This document shows, piece after piece, positions 12,791 through 24,744 of a stretch of DNA of 64,000 nucleotides. Position numbers and translations under genes: made by a program. Each line of letters opens with the position of its first letter. Position 1 is the first letter of the stretch. The DNA is from Macrostomum lignano (Eukaryota). The notes beneath the pieces were generated by a model that did no database searches, had not been told where the DNA came from, and saw nothing but the letters and a program-made list of their open reading frames with translations. The stretch lies in the NCBI GenBank assembly GCA_002269645.1, contig NIVC01000255.1, forward strand, positions 310,001 to 374,000. Reading direction: 5' to 3'.

Positions 12791-13409
12791 ATCTGTCTGT
12801 CTGCCCGTTTATCTGTCCTTCTCCGTGTTTTTCTGTCTCTCTGTGTGTCTGTACAGGTGTCTGGACTGTACATGTATGTGTCCAAAAAATTAAATTTTGT
12901 GTGTTGAAAAACAAATGGTGTCCTATGGCAACTTACCAATGATGGAAGGGCTGGCCGCCTCGCCCTCGTCCCCCGCCTCGCCCTCCGCCCCGCAAGCCGA
13001 ATCCAGTATTCTGTAAAGTTCAAAAGTCGCAATGTAAGTTTTTTTGAGAGGCGCGCAATTTGTTCTATCAAGATATTTCGGGTGGGGCGGGGATGGGACG
13101 TGAATAAGGTCTCTGATAGCGAGAACATTAGAACCAGAGAACAAGTGTAAGTTTTACTCTGAGAACTGTTGTTTATTTCATTTATAGTAAATTGCTTATT
13201 AACTCTAAACTGCTCAGCTTTTGATGCACAGAGACGTTATACATAAACTATAGTTGTGTTGTGTATGAGGCTATTCTGAGATTAACATGAGGAAATCAGA
13301 TAGGAAGATATGACATTCAGGGATAAGGATGTGAGAATCAGGAAATCTGGAGATTCGGGGATGCCTTCTCTGACCAGCTACTCCAAGTAGACAGCTACGA
13401 AATGTGTCG

Positions 13410-14448
13410 ATTTTAGATTTTAGATTTTGGGTTCTGAAGGGGCATCCACTGAAGGATCTGAGGGTGCACCCACTGAAGGACCTGAGGGACCAGCCAGTGC
13501 AGCCACTGAAGGAACTGCTGGGCATCTAGAAGGTGTTTGACAGTGCTGAGAATTAATGAGGTCTTTAGCATAGAGGGGGAGGGATTTTACACCTGAAAAT
13601 CTGAAATCTCCTACGATCTGCCAGCAGCTTCACTTCTGATCCCTGCAGCCCTATAGCCTTCTTTTGCTAGCCTGCATATGTATAAGGTATCACCCCATGG
13701 ACTGATTTATCTGGACCACATACAAGACTGAGGACTGTGTTGATGGGCCGAGACGAAGCCGATCTAGTTACGATTTAAATCGTAAATGAAAGAAATTAGA
13801 CTGCATATTTAGGAGTATACATTTTAGCATTCAATATTTGAAAAATATCTTACCCAGCCAGCTGGGCCAGCAGCTGGGCTTGCAGCAGCTGCAAGCGGGC
13901 GACGGTTTGCATCTGGAAATAAATTAATATTTACACAAATAAGCTTGCTGAATTTAATTCTGTGTAATGTAATGCCCTAGTGCCTGACCATCAATCTGAA
14001 AGCTCAGTAAAGCTTATTCTAACTTGAGACTGTGTCTGGAATCTGAGATCTGGAACCTGAAATCTGGAATCTGAGATCTGGGATCTGGAACCTGAAATCT
14101 GGAATCTGAGATCTAGATAGCAAAGATATATATAGAAATGATTTAGGCAGCAAATGCACGTACTAATGTGTCTCTTTTGCGGACGCGGGCCCAGCGGCGG
14201 CCCGCCCGCCGTCTGGCAGCCGCCTCCGCCGGTGCTGCCTCCGCCGGAGCCGCCGGTGCTGCCTCCGCCGGTGCTGCCTCCGCCGGAGCCGCCGGAGCCG
14301 CCGCCGGAGCCGCCGGAGCCGCCGCCGGAGCTGCCGGCGCTGCCTCCGCCGGAGCCGCCGCCGGAGCTGCCTCCGCCGCAGCCTCCGACTCGGCGGCCCA
14401 GTCAACAGGGCCCCTTTTTGGGGCCCTCTTTTTATTTCTTTTTGCCAT
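13410..14448 (-). pseudogene. Putative small multi-exon orphan gene, decayed (Ala/Pro-rich first exon, 59-nt exon 13912-13854, last exon ~13770-13410 with one stop)
   Basis: ATG ORF MAKRNKKRAPKRGP. The exon at 13912-13854 is bounded by CCAG| and |GTAAG. The downstream frame is open for ~110 codons except for one TAG. Confidence 0.3.
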
Positions 14449-15089
14449 TGCTGCAAATGATTACAGAAATTCTATTATATAAAATTCTAATCCTTTCGAA
14501 ATTTATATCCTATATACTAAAAATGAAATGTCTGTAACTAACTAGCTATGCGATAGATTTCAGAAAAAATGGCTCAACCGATTTTCTTCAAACTTGCACC
14601 ATTCGATCAGAAATTTTCCTGGGACGGTACATGCATCCTGGCTAAGAAATTGCTCAATTTTAAAGGGATTAAATATTCGAAAAACATGCTTTTTTGCAAA
14701 GGTCAAGCAGCTCTTTCGACCTGGAATGCATTGTAAGAATGCTAGAGAAAAAACTGACTGGCTCAATTCCGATTGTGATAAAGATTGCATCACAACAATT
14801 TGAAAACAGTGTCGATGAAATGCACACCCGACTTGATTAAAATTGCGTAACTATATTGCTAACTTAAATTGAGACTGATACTGGCTGACTGAGAAATTGA
14901 TTATGTCATAACTTTCTACTCCAATTGACTTGCTGTAAGAATTGAATTATAAGGGCCACAATTCATGTTCTCCAAATGAAAAGAGATAGCCCAGATGCGA
15001 ACAGACTGGGATGCTAATGTAGTGACCTGGGTTCGAATCTTAGTAGTGCAAAAATATTTTTTTATTAAAACATTAAAAACACAAAACTG

Positions 15090-17340
15090 CTAAACATAAA
15101 AGAACCACAATGTCAAACATAGAAGAGCCACCATGTTGAACATTAAAGAGCCACCATGTCGAAAATTAAAGAGCCACCATGTCAAGCATAAAAGAGCCAC
15201 CATGTTGAACATTAAAGAGCCAACATGTCAAACATTAAAGAGCCACCATGTAAAGCATATATGTGACTCCATGTCAAACATATACGTGACTCCATGTCAA
15301 ACAAAAAAGAGCCACGATGTAAAACATATACTTATGACTCTTTGTCGAACATAAAGAGCCACCATGTAAAGCATATACGTGACTCCATGTCAAACACATA
15401 CGTGACTCCATGTCAAACATTAAAGAGCCACCAAGAAAAAAATTAAAAGCCACTATGTCAAACATTAAAGAGCCACCATGTCAAACATTAAAGAGCCACC
15501 ATATCGAACACTAAAGAGCCACCATGTCAAACATATAAGTGACTCCATGTCAAATATATACGTGACTCCATGTCACACATAAAAGAGCCACCATGTAAAA
15601 CATATACATATGACTCCATAACAAACATTAAACAGCCACCATGTCGAACATTAAAGAGCCACCATGTCAAACATAAAAGAGCCACCATGTCAAACACTAA
15701 AAAGCCACCATGTCAAACAATAAAGAGCCACCATGTCAAACATATACGTGACTACATGTCAAACATATACGTGACTCCATGTCAAACATAAAAGAGCCAC
15801 CATGTAAAACATATACTTATGACTCTTTGTCGAACATAAAGAGCCACCATGTAAAGCATTTACGTGACTCCAGGCCAAATATATACATGACTCCATGCCA
15901 AACACATACATGACTCCATGTCAAACATTAAAGAGCCACCATGTCACACATTAAAGAGCCAACATGTCAAACATTAAAGAGCCACCATGTAAAGCATATA
16001 TGTGACTCCATGCCAAATATATACATGACTCCATGTCTAACACATACGTGACTCCATGTCAAACATTAAAGAGCCACCATGTCGAACGTTAAAGAGCCAC
16101 CATGTCGAACATTAAAGAGCCACAATGTAGAACATTAAAGAGCCACAATGTAGAACATTAAAGAGCCACCATGTCGAACGTTAAAGAGCCACCATGTCGA
16201 ACATTAAAGAGCCACAATGTAGAACATTAAAGAGCCACCATGTCGAACATTAAAGAGTCACAATATTTAGAACATTAAAGAGCCACAATGTCAAACATTA
16301 AAGAGCCACCATGTCAAACATTAAAGAGCCACCATGTCAAACATTAAAGAGCCACCATGTCAAACATATATGTGACTCCATGTCAAATATATACGTGACT
16401 CCATGTCACACATAAAAGAGCCACCATGTAAAACATATACATATGACTCAATAACAAACATTAAACAGCCACCATGTCGAACATTAAAGAGCCATCATGT
16501 CAAACATTAAAGAGCCACTATGTCAAACATTAAAGAGCCACTATGTCAAACATTAAAGAGCCACCATGTAAAGCATATATGTGACTCCATGCCAAATATA
16601 TACATGACTCCATGTCTAACACATACGTGACTCCATGTCAAACATTAAAGAGCCACCCTGTCGAACGTTAAAGAGCCACCATATCGAACATTAAAGAGCC
16701 ACAATTTAGAACAATAAAGAGCCACCATGTCGAACATTAAAGAGCCACCATGTCTAACATTAAAGAGCCACCATGTCGATTATTAAAGAGCCATCATGTC
16801 AAACAATAAAGAGCCACCATGTTGAACATTAAAGAGCCACCATGTCAAATATTAAAGAGCCACAATGTAGAACATTAAAGAACCACCATGTAGAACATTA
16901 AAAAGCCACCATGTCAAACATTAAGGAGCAAAAATGTAGAAAATTAAAGAGCCACAATGTAGAACATTAAACAGCCACAATGTCGAGCATTAAAGAGCCA
17001 CCATGTCGAACATTAAAAAGCCACCATGTCAAACATTAGAGAGCCACCATGTTGAACATTAAAGAGCCACCATGTCAAACATTAAAGAGCCACCCTGTCG
17101 AACATTAAAGAGCCACCATGTCGAACATTAAAGAGCCACCATGTCGAACATTAAAGTACTGCCATGTCGAACGTTAAAGAGCCACCATGTCGAACATTAA
17201 CGAGCCACGATGTCAAACATAAATGAGCTACCAAGTTAGACATAGAAGAGCCACCATGTGAAACATATATGTGACTCCATGTCAAACATTAAAGAGCCAC
17301 CGCTTCTAACATTACTGAGCCACCATGACAAACATAAAAC
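15090..17340. repeat. 23-bp satellite A (GAACATTAAAGAGCCACCATGTC) with variant units
   Basis: About 95 tandem units, with the interspersed variant CATATACGTGACTCCATGTCAAA. Confidence 0.95.
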
Positions 17341-17457
17341 TGGCACGATGTCATAACACAGGAGAGACATTTTCAAACGTAATAAGAAGCGTCATGCCAA
17401 TCATAAAGCAGCCACTAGAAAGCTAAGGAAATGTTGCACTATATACTTTTTGTCTGG

Positions 17458-17650
17458 TGGATGCTTGCTATTTAAGGATAGATACTTGCTATCAATTGGA
17501 TGCTTGCTATCTGGGGGTTCTTTCTATCTGGGGTGCTTGCTATATGAGGGATGCTTGCTATCTGGGGGTGCTTGCTATCTGGGGTGCTTGCTATCTGAGG
17601 GTACTTGCTATCTGGGGGGGGGGGGAGGGGATGCTTGCTGTCTTGGGATG
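17458..17650. repeat. 18-bp satellite GATGCTTGCTATCTGGGG
   Basis: Tandem units; the same satellite occurs at 21440-21565 and 32020-32410. Confidence 0.9.
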
Positions 17651-18543
17651 TTTTATTTTTGCATTGTGCTTCATTTGAGCAGTTTTTCTGTTGTCTTTGT
17701 GAAGACTCTATTTGGCTGTCTTTTTGTTACTTGTAGAGAACAGAAGTTCTATCCAGATGTCCCCCATCGGGGGGCGAAGATTGCTAGTTTTTATATACTA
17801 AATATGGGAGAAATGGAAGAAGTGACAGATAGGGTGAATAGGGAAAAATGGGAGAGAAGTGACCTATAGGGTGAATAGGGAAAAGAAATGGGAGAGAAGT
17901 GAGAGCTGGGGTGCATTGGGAGATGGGAGAGAGATGATACACGATAGAGGAGGGAGTCAGTAGAAAGAAAGAGGAGACAGAGAAGAGAAGAGGGAGTTGG
18001 AGTCGTGGGAGTTCTAATACACAGGTATTTTCATGAGAAAACAAGACATTAAGAATATATGCACAATATAGGTAATGACTGTTGTATTTTGTATATTTAA
18101 AAGTTTAGAATCCCGGGATCTGGGATCTGAAATCTGAGACTGGGATCTGAGATCTGAAATCTGGGATCTGAGATCTGATATATGAAATCTGAGATCTGAA
18201 ATCTGGGAGATCTGGCATTTAACTAGCTATATACTAACTGTGATTGTTAGCCAACCGTGTTTTTGTGAACAGGGTTGTTGCCTCTCCTGCACCACGCAGA
18301 GGTCATCACAACGCAGGAGTGGGGATCTGGATGTATGCAAAGTGACAATAATTACCCCAGCAAAGTATACAGAATTGATTTGCAAAGTGGGCAAAGTCAC
18401 AGCAGTGAACCAGATCTTCTGCCACAGCATTTTCTGCAAAGCGGCCAGTCTTGCAAAGAGACTGAGGATTGCTTTACTGAGTATAACATCAGTTAAGTTT
18501 AAAACAGACAGTTTTTTGGCTCTTAATTCGAATAGATGCATGC

Positions 18544-19587
18544 TTAACTATAGCGAAAAGCAGCCGAGCGGCCAAATAAACTGATAGTAGTCGGATTGGC
18601 TCTCGTCTCTATAGCTGAATGAGACATACCTGTTTGATTACTGTTAACAATTGAGACGCAGGCGTTAGTCAGTACAATAGCAGCTCCCTGCGGCTGCGCT
18701 TGCACTGTTGCACTGCTGTCTTCCATGTGAAAAAATTCTCGATAAGCACTGATTCCAGGTCCAAGCTCGTAGTTATCAAACTCATCAGGTTTGTCTGCCG
18801 GGATGTTCACTTCAGCACTCGTGGCTGGTGTTGCAGTAGCCGTGGCAGGTGTTGCAGTTGCAGCGGCCGTGGCAGGTGTAGCAGTTGCAGCGGCCGTGGC
18901 AGGTGTAGCAGTTGCAGCGGCCGTGGCAGGTGTAGCGGCGCTCGAATGCCCTGCACTTTCAATAAGATCAGAATGTTGGTAATTGACAAATACCAGATCC
19001 GTATTTTCCAACTTTTCAACCAACTGAACACATTCCGCCCTGTTTAAATGATGGGGTGACTTGAAATCGAGAGAAAATCTTCCGCGTGCAAATCTGGTTT
19101 TGTTTCGCTTGTCACTCTTCATTTGCTTCCATGGAATCGGGCCTCTGTTTCCAGCTCTCTTGAAAGCAGTCGTTGCTTTCTCCTGGATTGACAGTCTCAG
19201 CTTCTTCACATCACGAAAAGCGTTGGAAGGTCCGGTAGCTTCAGCTCGAACTGATGCTTCTGTCGTAGCTTCCATTCGGGCTTGAGAGGCGATTTTTTCT
19301 TCTCGATAATATTCCTCTCCTTTCTTGATGATATCAGAAAGCTGTTTCACCGCTGCAGTTAATTCCTCTTGAACTCGGGAAGATACTTTATCAGAAACAT
19401 AACATTCGGGCTTATCTGTTGGTATGGATGGAGAAATAACGACGCAGAAAGATTTTTAAGCTCGTTTCAAGTCGACCAGAATGCTGCTTTTAAAATCTCT
19501 CGGACGATCTTTAGCCCTCTGCCTAAGAGCGTTTTTCTCGTCCTGTGTAAGAGCCTGGTATTCAGCCTTAAGAGCAGGTGTCCATTC
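18544..19587 (-). pseudogene. Large exon of an unknown gene, starting with an HMG-like helix, with one in-frame TAA at 19456-19458
   Basis: Acceptor TTACTTTTAG| at 19588. WTPALKAEYQALTQDEKNALRQRAK...LKRA* reads in frame through 35 codons into the 268-aa ORF 18544-19350, which has internal ATPATAAAT repeats. Confidence 0.45.
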
Positions 19588-19639
19588 TAAAAGTAATTGT
19601 GGGATGTAAGGGATATACAGAAATCGGAGATTCAGATTC

Positions 19640-19649
19640 AAACAGATAA

Positions 19650-19692
<43 letters not shown>

Positions 19693-20330
19693 CAGACAGA
19701 CACTAAGACATAGAAAGACACACAGACAGACGCTAAGACACAGACAGACAGACAGATAGACAGACACACTAAGACACAGACAGGCAGACACAGACAGACA
19801 GACAGAAACTAAGACACAGACGGACATACAGACACTAAGACAGACAGACAGGCAGACAGACAGACAGACACACAGACAGACAGACATACAGACAGACAGG
19901 CAGACAGACAGACAGACAAACACACTAGGACGCAGACAGACAGACAGACTGACAGACAGAAACTAAGACACAGACAGACAGACAGACACTAAGACATACT
20001 AAGACAGACAAAGACAGACACTGAGACACTAAGACACAGACAAGTTAGTCTAAGACTAGGCTAGTTTAAGACAGACAGACACTAAGACATAGAAAGACCC
20101 ACAGACAGACGCTAAGACACAGACAGACAGACATACACACTAAGACACAGACAGACAGACAGTCAGACACTAAGACACAGACAGACAGACAGTCAGACAC
20201 TAAGACACAGACAGGCAGACAGACAGACAGACAGAAACTAAGACACAGACAGACACTAAGACAGACAGACACTAAGACATACTAAGACAGACACTGAGAC
20301 ACTAAGACACAGACAAGTTAGTCTGAGAGC
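19640..20330. repeat. (GACA)n-based microsatellite
   Basis: Direct inspection. Confidence 0.95.
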
Positions 20331-20389
20331 AAACAAAAGCAAATTGTTAGCGTCAGTCTAACTTTAACTAATTGTCAGCCTTAGACCAC

Positions 20390-20593
20390 TGCTTCCTAGG
20401 CGCCGAATGCGGCGGCGGCGGCGGCGGCGGCGGCGACGGCGGTGGCGACGGTGGCGCTGTATCCATCTGGAAAAGAAACCAGAGGTGTGAGTGGAAAGGG
20501 ACCATTTTTTCGCGCCATCTTAAAACTATAATGATGAATTTCGTCCCCTTAAACATGATGCTAGTGTATGTCTAGAAACCATAGTGCACATGT
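20390..20593. repeat. Partial copy 3 of the 5438/8309 interspersed repeat
   Basis: Matches ~9175-9429 up to TGCACATGT. Confidence 0.8.
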
Positions 20594-21599
20594 TCCACTA
20601 TGACAAACATATACGGTACTCCATGTCAAAAATTAAAGAGCCATCATGTCAAACATAACAGAGCCACCATGGCGAACATTAAAGAGCCACCATGTCAGAC
20701 ATTAAAGAGCCACCATGTCGAACATTAAAGAGCCACCATGTCGAACATTAAAGAGCCACCATGTCGAACATTAAAGAGCCACCATGTCGAACATTAAAGA
20801 GCCACCATGTCAAACATTAAAGAGCCACCATTTCAAACATAAAAGAGCCACTATGTAAAACATATATGCGACTCTACATCAAACATATACGTGACTTCAT
20901 GTCGAACATTAAAAAGCCACCATGTGAAACATATATGTGACTCCATGTCGAACATTAAAGAGCCACCATGTCAAACATATAAGAGACTTTATTTCAAATA
21001 TAAAAAAGCTACCATGTAAAACATAAAAACGACAATTTTGAACATTAAAGAGCCACCATGTCGAACATAAAGGAGCCACCATGTCGAACATAGAAGAGCC
21101 ACTATGTTGAACATTAAAGAGCCACCATATCAAACATTAAAGAGCCACCATGTCGAACATAAAGGAGCCACCATGTCGAACATAAAAGAACCACCATTTA
21201 GAACATAAAAGAGCCACCATGTCTAATATAAAAGAGCCACCATGTCGAACATAAAAGAGCCACCATGTTTAAAATTAAAGAGCCAACCTGTAAAACATTA
21301 AAAAAATTCACCATGTCAAACATATAAGTGACTTCATTTCAAACATAAAAGAGCCACCATGTCAAACGTAAAAGTGAGCGAATTTTAAAGGAGCCACTAT
21401 AATGCTAAGGAAACTGTCGCACTAGCTACTTATTATCTGGTGGATGCTTGCTATCTGGGGGATGCTTGCTATCTGGGGATGCTTGCTATCTGGGGGATGC
21501 TTGCTATCTGGGGGATGCTTGCTATCTGGGGGATGCTTGCTATCTGGGGATGCTTGCTATTTGGGTAACCCGGTTGAAAAAAATACTGGATTAGCCCAT

Positions 21600-22360
21600 T
21601 GAAATTGGCCCGCTCATCGGCCACTTCGTGTCAGAAAAGCCCGCTCTAAAAGCCCGCTCATTTTTCCAAATCAACGAGTCTCTCAAATCCGCCCGTTCCA
21701 CGGCCCGCTTCTGGGCCCGCTGGCTGGCCCGCTCACTGGCCCGTTCTAAACCGGCCCGCTGGCTGGCCCGTTGTTTGGCCCGCTGGCTGGCCCGTTGGTT
21801 GGCCCGCTCACTGGCCCACTCATTGACCCGTTCTAAACCGGCCTGCTGGCTGGCCCGCTGATTGGCCCCCTCATTGGCCCGTTCTAAACCGGCCCGCTGG
21901 TTGGCCCGTTGGTTGGCCCGCTGATTGGCCCGTTCTTAACCGGCCCGCTGGTTGGCCCGTTGGTTGGCCCGCTCATTGGCCCACTCATTGACCCGTTGTA
22001 AACCGGCCTGCTGGCTGGCCCGCTCATTGGCCCGTTCTAAACCAGCCCGCTGGCTGGCCCGTTGGTTGGCCCGCTGGTTGGCCCGTTCTAAACCGGCCCG
22101 CTGGTTGGCCCGTTGGTTGGCCCGCTGGTTGGCCCGCTCACTGGCCCACTCATTGACCCGTTGTAAACCGGCCTGCTGGCTGGCCCGCTCATTGGCCCGT
22201 TCTAAACCAGCCCGCTCATTGGCCCGTTCTAAACCGGCCCGCTCATTGGCCCGTTCTAAACCGGCCCGCTAATTGGCCCGTTCTAAACCGGCCCGCTGGC
22301 TGTCCTGTTGGTTGGCCCGCTGGTTGGCCCGTTCTAAACCGGCCCTCTGGTTGGCCCGCT
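21600..22360. repeat. Left subterminal repeat array (TGGCCCGCT / TGGCCCGTTCTAAACCGGCCCGC units)
   Basis: Reverse complement of the array at 31182-32000. Confidence 0.92.
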
Positions 22361-22682
22361 GAACGAACAAAAAAAATAAGTAAAGAAGCAAAATAAGCAT
22401 GAGATTTCTAAGTCAGACCGATGAGCCGTACAATTAGCTTTTTTATAAAAACCGGGAATATACTTCATCGGATCTGGTAAAAACAAAGAGATGTTAAGGT
22501 TAAAATTGAATACTAGTATTTTTTCATGGTGGCACGAATAGCTAAAAGAGCTAATATAGCTAATAGAGCTAAAAGAGCTAATATATAAAAGAGCAACCCT
22601 AGCCTCAGAGTCTATTCTCAACCCAAAGTAATGTTTGTCAGCATAGTGAAAAATTGTCACCACAATCGAGGCCTAGTCTCTA

Positions 22683-24353
22683 CTACTCGCTTTCCTCTTC
22701 ATTTTCTGCGCAGGCGCCACTTTTCGCAGACGAACTCTCCCGATCCCGTACGGTCCTGGCTGTACGGCGGAAGACCTCGCCGAGTTCGGCGTCTGTGAAT
22801 AGTTTTTTGTCCTCCTCTGAGACCAGTTTACTGGCCAGGTAGGACCGTATGGCCGCCTTCTTGGAGCTATCCAGCTCAACCCGGTTGGCCGCTTTCTCTC
22901 CTTTCACCTGTCGACCAGCCCAAGATGCGGTTCGCAGGTCTTGCTCAGGGCACACAGCAAGTATGACTAGCCGAACGGCTCGTCTGCGAATCTTGTTATT
23001 GTTTGCGGCTTTTCGCATTTCAACTGCTGCGGCTTCCAATTTTGTCAGGGCCAACGGACAAACCGTGACACCGGGAAATGCAGCTATCAGCGGCACACGT
23101 TTCGACGACTGGTTGCCCATCATGGAGGTCGATATATTTGCGATTGCCGTCGCAATGGCGTGGCTCACAAATCCACTGGTAAGCTGCGATGACGTCGAGC
23201 CACTTGGCTCGGCATCGATGCCGATATCGGCAGCAGCTGATGACGACTCTCCGGGTGCAGTACTCGAACCAGCGACCAACGTTTCGTAGTCACTAATAGA
23301 GCGCACCAGACTTTCGAGGTGGCTGCATGATTCTGTAGTTCTACGTGCCACCTCGTTGGCCGACCGCGCCTGCGCCGTGACGAACCGTAGCGTCTCAAGT
23401 ATCTGAGAATTCGCATGCATGGAACTTGCAAGACGGGTGTCATACTTTTGCAGCACGTCATCTTTCTGTGCCAGTTCCTGTTTCAGCTGCTCATTCTCAG
23501 ACCGAATGGCCTCATTCTCAATCTTCAGGTTGGCTGCATCAGTTTCAGCAGCCCCCCGCTTGTCCGTCTCTTCTCGATTTGCCTCACGTAGGTCACGACA
23601 TTCGATGTCGAGGTTCCGGCAGCGCGGGCATCCGGCATCAGGGTGATTTATAACGGGTTGCACGCGCCTATAGGCGCCTGCAGAGCCCGACCCCATTAAA
23701 GTTGCCAATTTGGCCAGGTTGTCCCGGGCAGCGTAGGCGGACTTCCTATCCGGAAAAGGCCCGGCTGTCAGGAAAGCGTCGAAAGTTTTTGCACTCGGGC
23801 TATGGCCAGTCCGTACTTGTACTTTAACGCCGACTGTTCGTGTTACGGGGTCCGGGTCGACGATGCACTTTTGGTCGATGGCCATAACTTTGCCGGTGTT
23901 AGTGTACGTGAGCACCCACCAAATAGCTTTGTGGATGACCATGACACGGGGCGCCTTAGCCTTTGGTGGTCCACCGGCCCTATTGCGATGCCGCATCTCC
24001 TTTCTCGACTCTAGATCTGGCTCGCTCGATGAGTCAGATAGAGATTCGCGATGCCGATGCCTATCGGCATTGGCTTCGGCTTTCCGTTTTGTAGTAGAGC
24101 CGGTCGGCTCCGCGGACACGGCCGTGCTCATATCGGAGCCGATTAGCGCCGTTGAAGTGGCGTCGTGGGCTTTAGGGAGCGTCGTGGGCTCATCTCTGCC
24201 GTCGCCATTCAGCTCAGCAGGATTTTCCTGGACGTCAGCAGCTGCAGTTGTTAGGCCAGTATTGGCATCTTTATCTTTCCGCTTCTCTTTTTCGGCCCGA
24301 TTCTCGTGATCCCTCTTCTTATTCATTCTATCTGTCTTCTTTCCGTCTCCCAT
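22683..24353 (-). CDS. Transposon accessory protein: low-complexity N-terminus, small beta-rich domain, CxxC + coiled coil, C-terminal BEN-like DNA-binding domain
   Basis: The 581-codon ORF (to 24428) is intact. The likely ATG at 24353 follows acceptor TCTCATTGCAG|AATA. The C-terminus AVRLVILAVCPEQDLRTASWAG...RVELDSSKKAAIRSYL...LGEVFRRTARTVR fits the BEN pattern. Confidence 0.7.
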   Translation of the reverse strand: MGDGKKTDRMNKKRDHENRAEKEKRKDKDANTGLTTAAADVQENPAELNGDGRDEPTTLPKAHDATSTALIGSDMSTAVSAEPTGSTTKRKAEANADRHRHRESLSDSSSEPDLESRKEMRHRNRAGGPPKAKAPRVMVIHKAIWWVLTYTNTGKVMAIDQKCIVDPDPVTRTVGVKVQVRTGHSPSAKTFDAFLTAGPFPDRKSAYAARDNLAKLATLMGSGSAGAYRRVQPVINHPDAGCPRCRNLDIECRDLREANREETDKRGAAETDAANLKIENEAIRSENEQLKQELAQKDDVLQKYDTRLASSMHANSQILETLRFVTAQARSANEVARRTTESCSHLESLVRSISDYETLVAGSSTAPGESSSAAADIGIDAEPSGSTSSQLTSGFVSHAIATAIANISTSMMGNQSSKRVPLIAAFPGVTVCPLALTKLEAAAVEMRKAANNNKIRRRAVRLVILAVCPEQDLRTASWAGRQVKGEKAANRVELDSSKKAAIRSYLASKLVSEEDKKLFTDAELGEVFRRTARTVRDRESSSAKSGACAENEEESE

Positions 24354-24744
24354 TATTCTGCAATGAGAGCGGGAAAGGTTTCTTTCTAAATGCGGTTTCA
24401 TATGACATGCGTCATATGACGCAAGCATGCGTCAGTGTCATGCTAATGAAAGTAAGGAAGGATATTGAATTCCATAACGAAAAATGCAACGCCTGTGCAT
24501 CTTCTATGTGCAATCGACGCTGACAAGTCGACGCAAGTATACTTTAGCTATGAGACGTTGATGGCATGGAAGCTGGCAAGCTACTGCTGGGAGAAGCGCT
24601 ACTATAGTAGTACTCGCTACACTACTCATGACATTGAGCCGGCTGGCTCGACTAGAAGTATTTATATAAATAGATCTAGATCTAATAGAGTAGTTACAGT
24701 ACAATATTGTCAATTATTTAACAGTGACGTACAGCCTATGCTGC

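Larger units (their letters stand above)
14508..17787 (+). mobile_element. Complete non-autonomous Helitron (Lep1-like 5' region) carrying 23-bp and 18-bp satellites
   Basis: 5' A|TCCTATATACTAAAA; 3' GC-rich hairpin CCCCCATCGGGGGG followed by GAAGATTGCTAG|T. Inserted between A and T with no TSD. Confidence 0.85.

Noticed and set aside
15020-15050. GGGTTCGAATC as a tRNA gene or tRNA-derived SINE B-box (also ~43845, minus strand)
   Set aside because: No cloverleaf or A-box could be built, and it lies inside Helitron arms. At most it is a relic.
15090-17340. 23-bp repeats as a CRISPR array
   Set aside because: Units are contiguous with no unique spacers, the context is eukaryotic and there are no cas genes. 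The same applies to satellite B and the 96/144-bp coding repeats.
21628-22272. ARWL-repeat ORFs (also 31181-31399)
   Set aside because: Translations of the transposon subterminal arrays.
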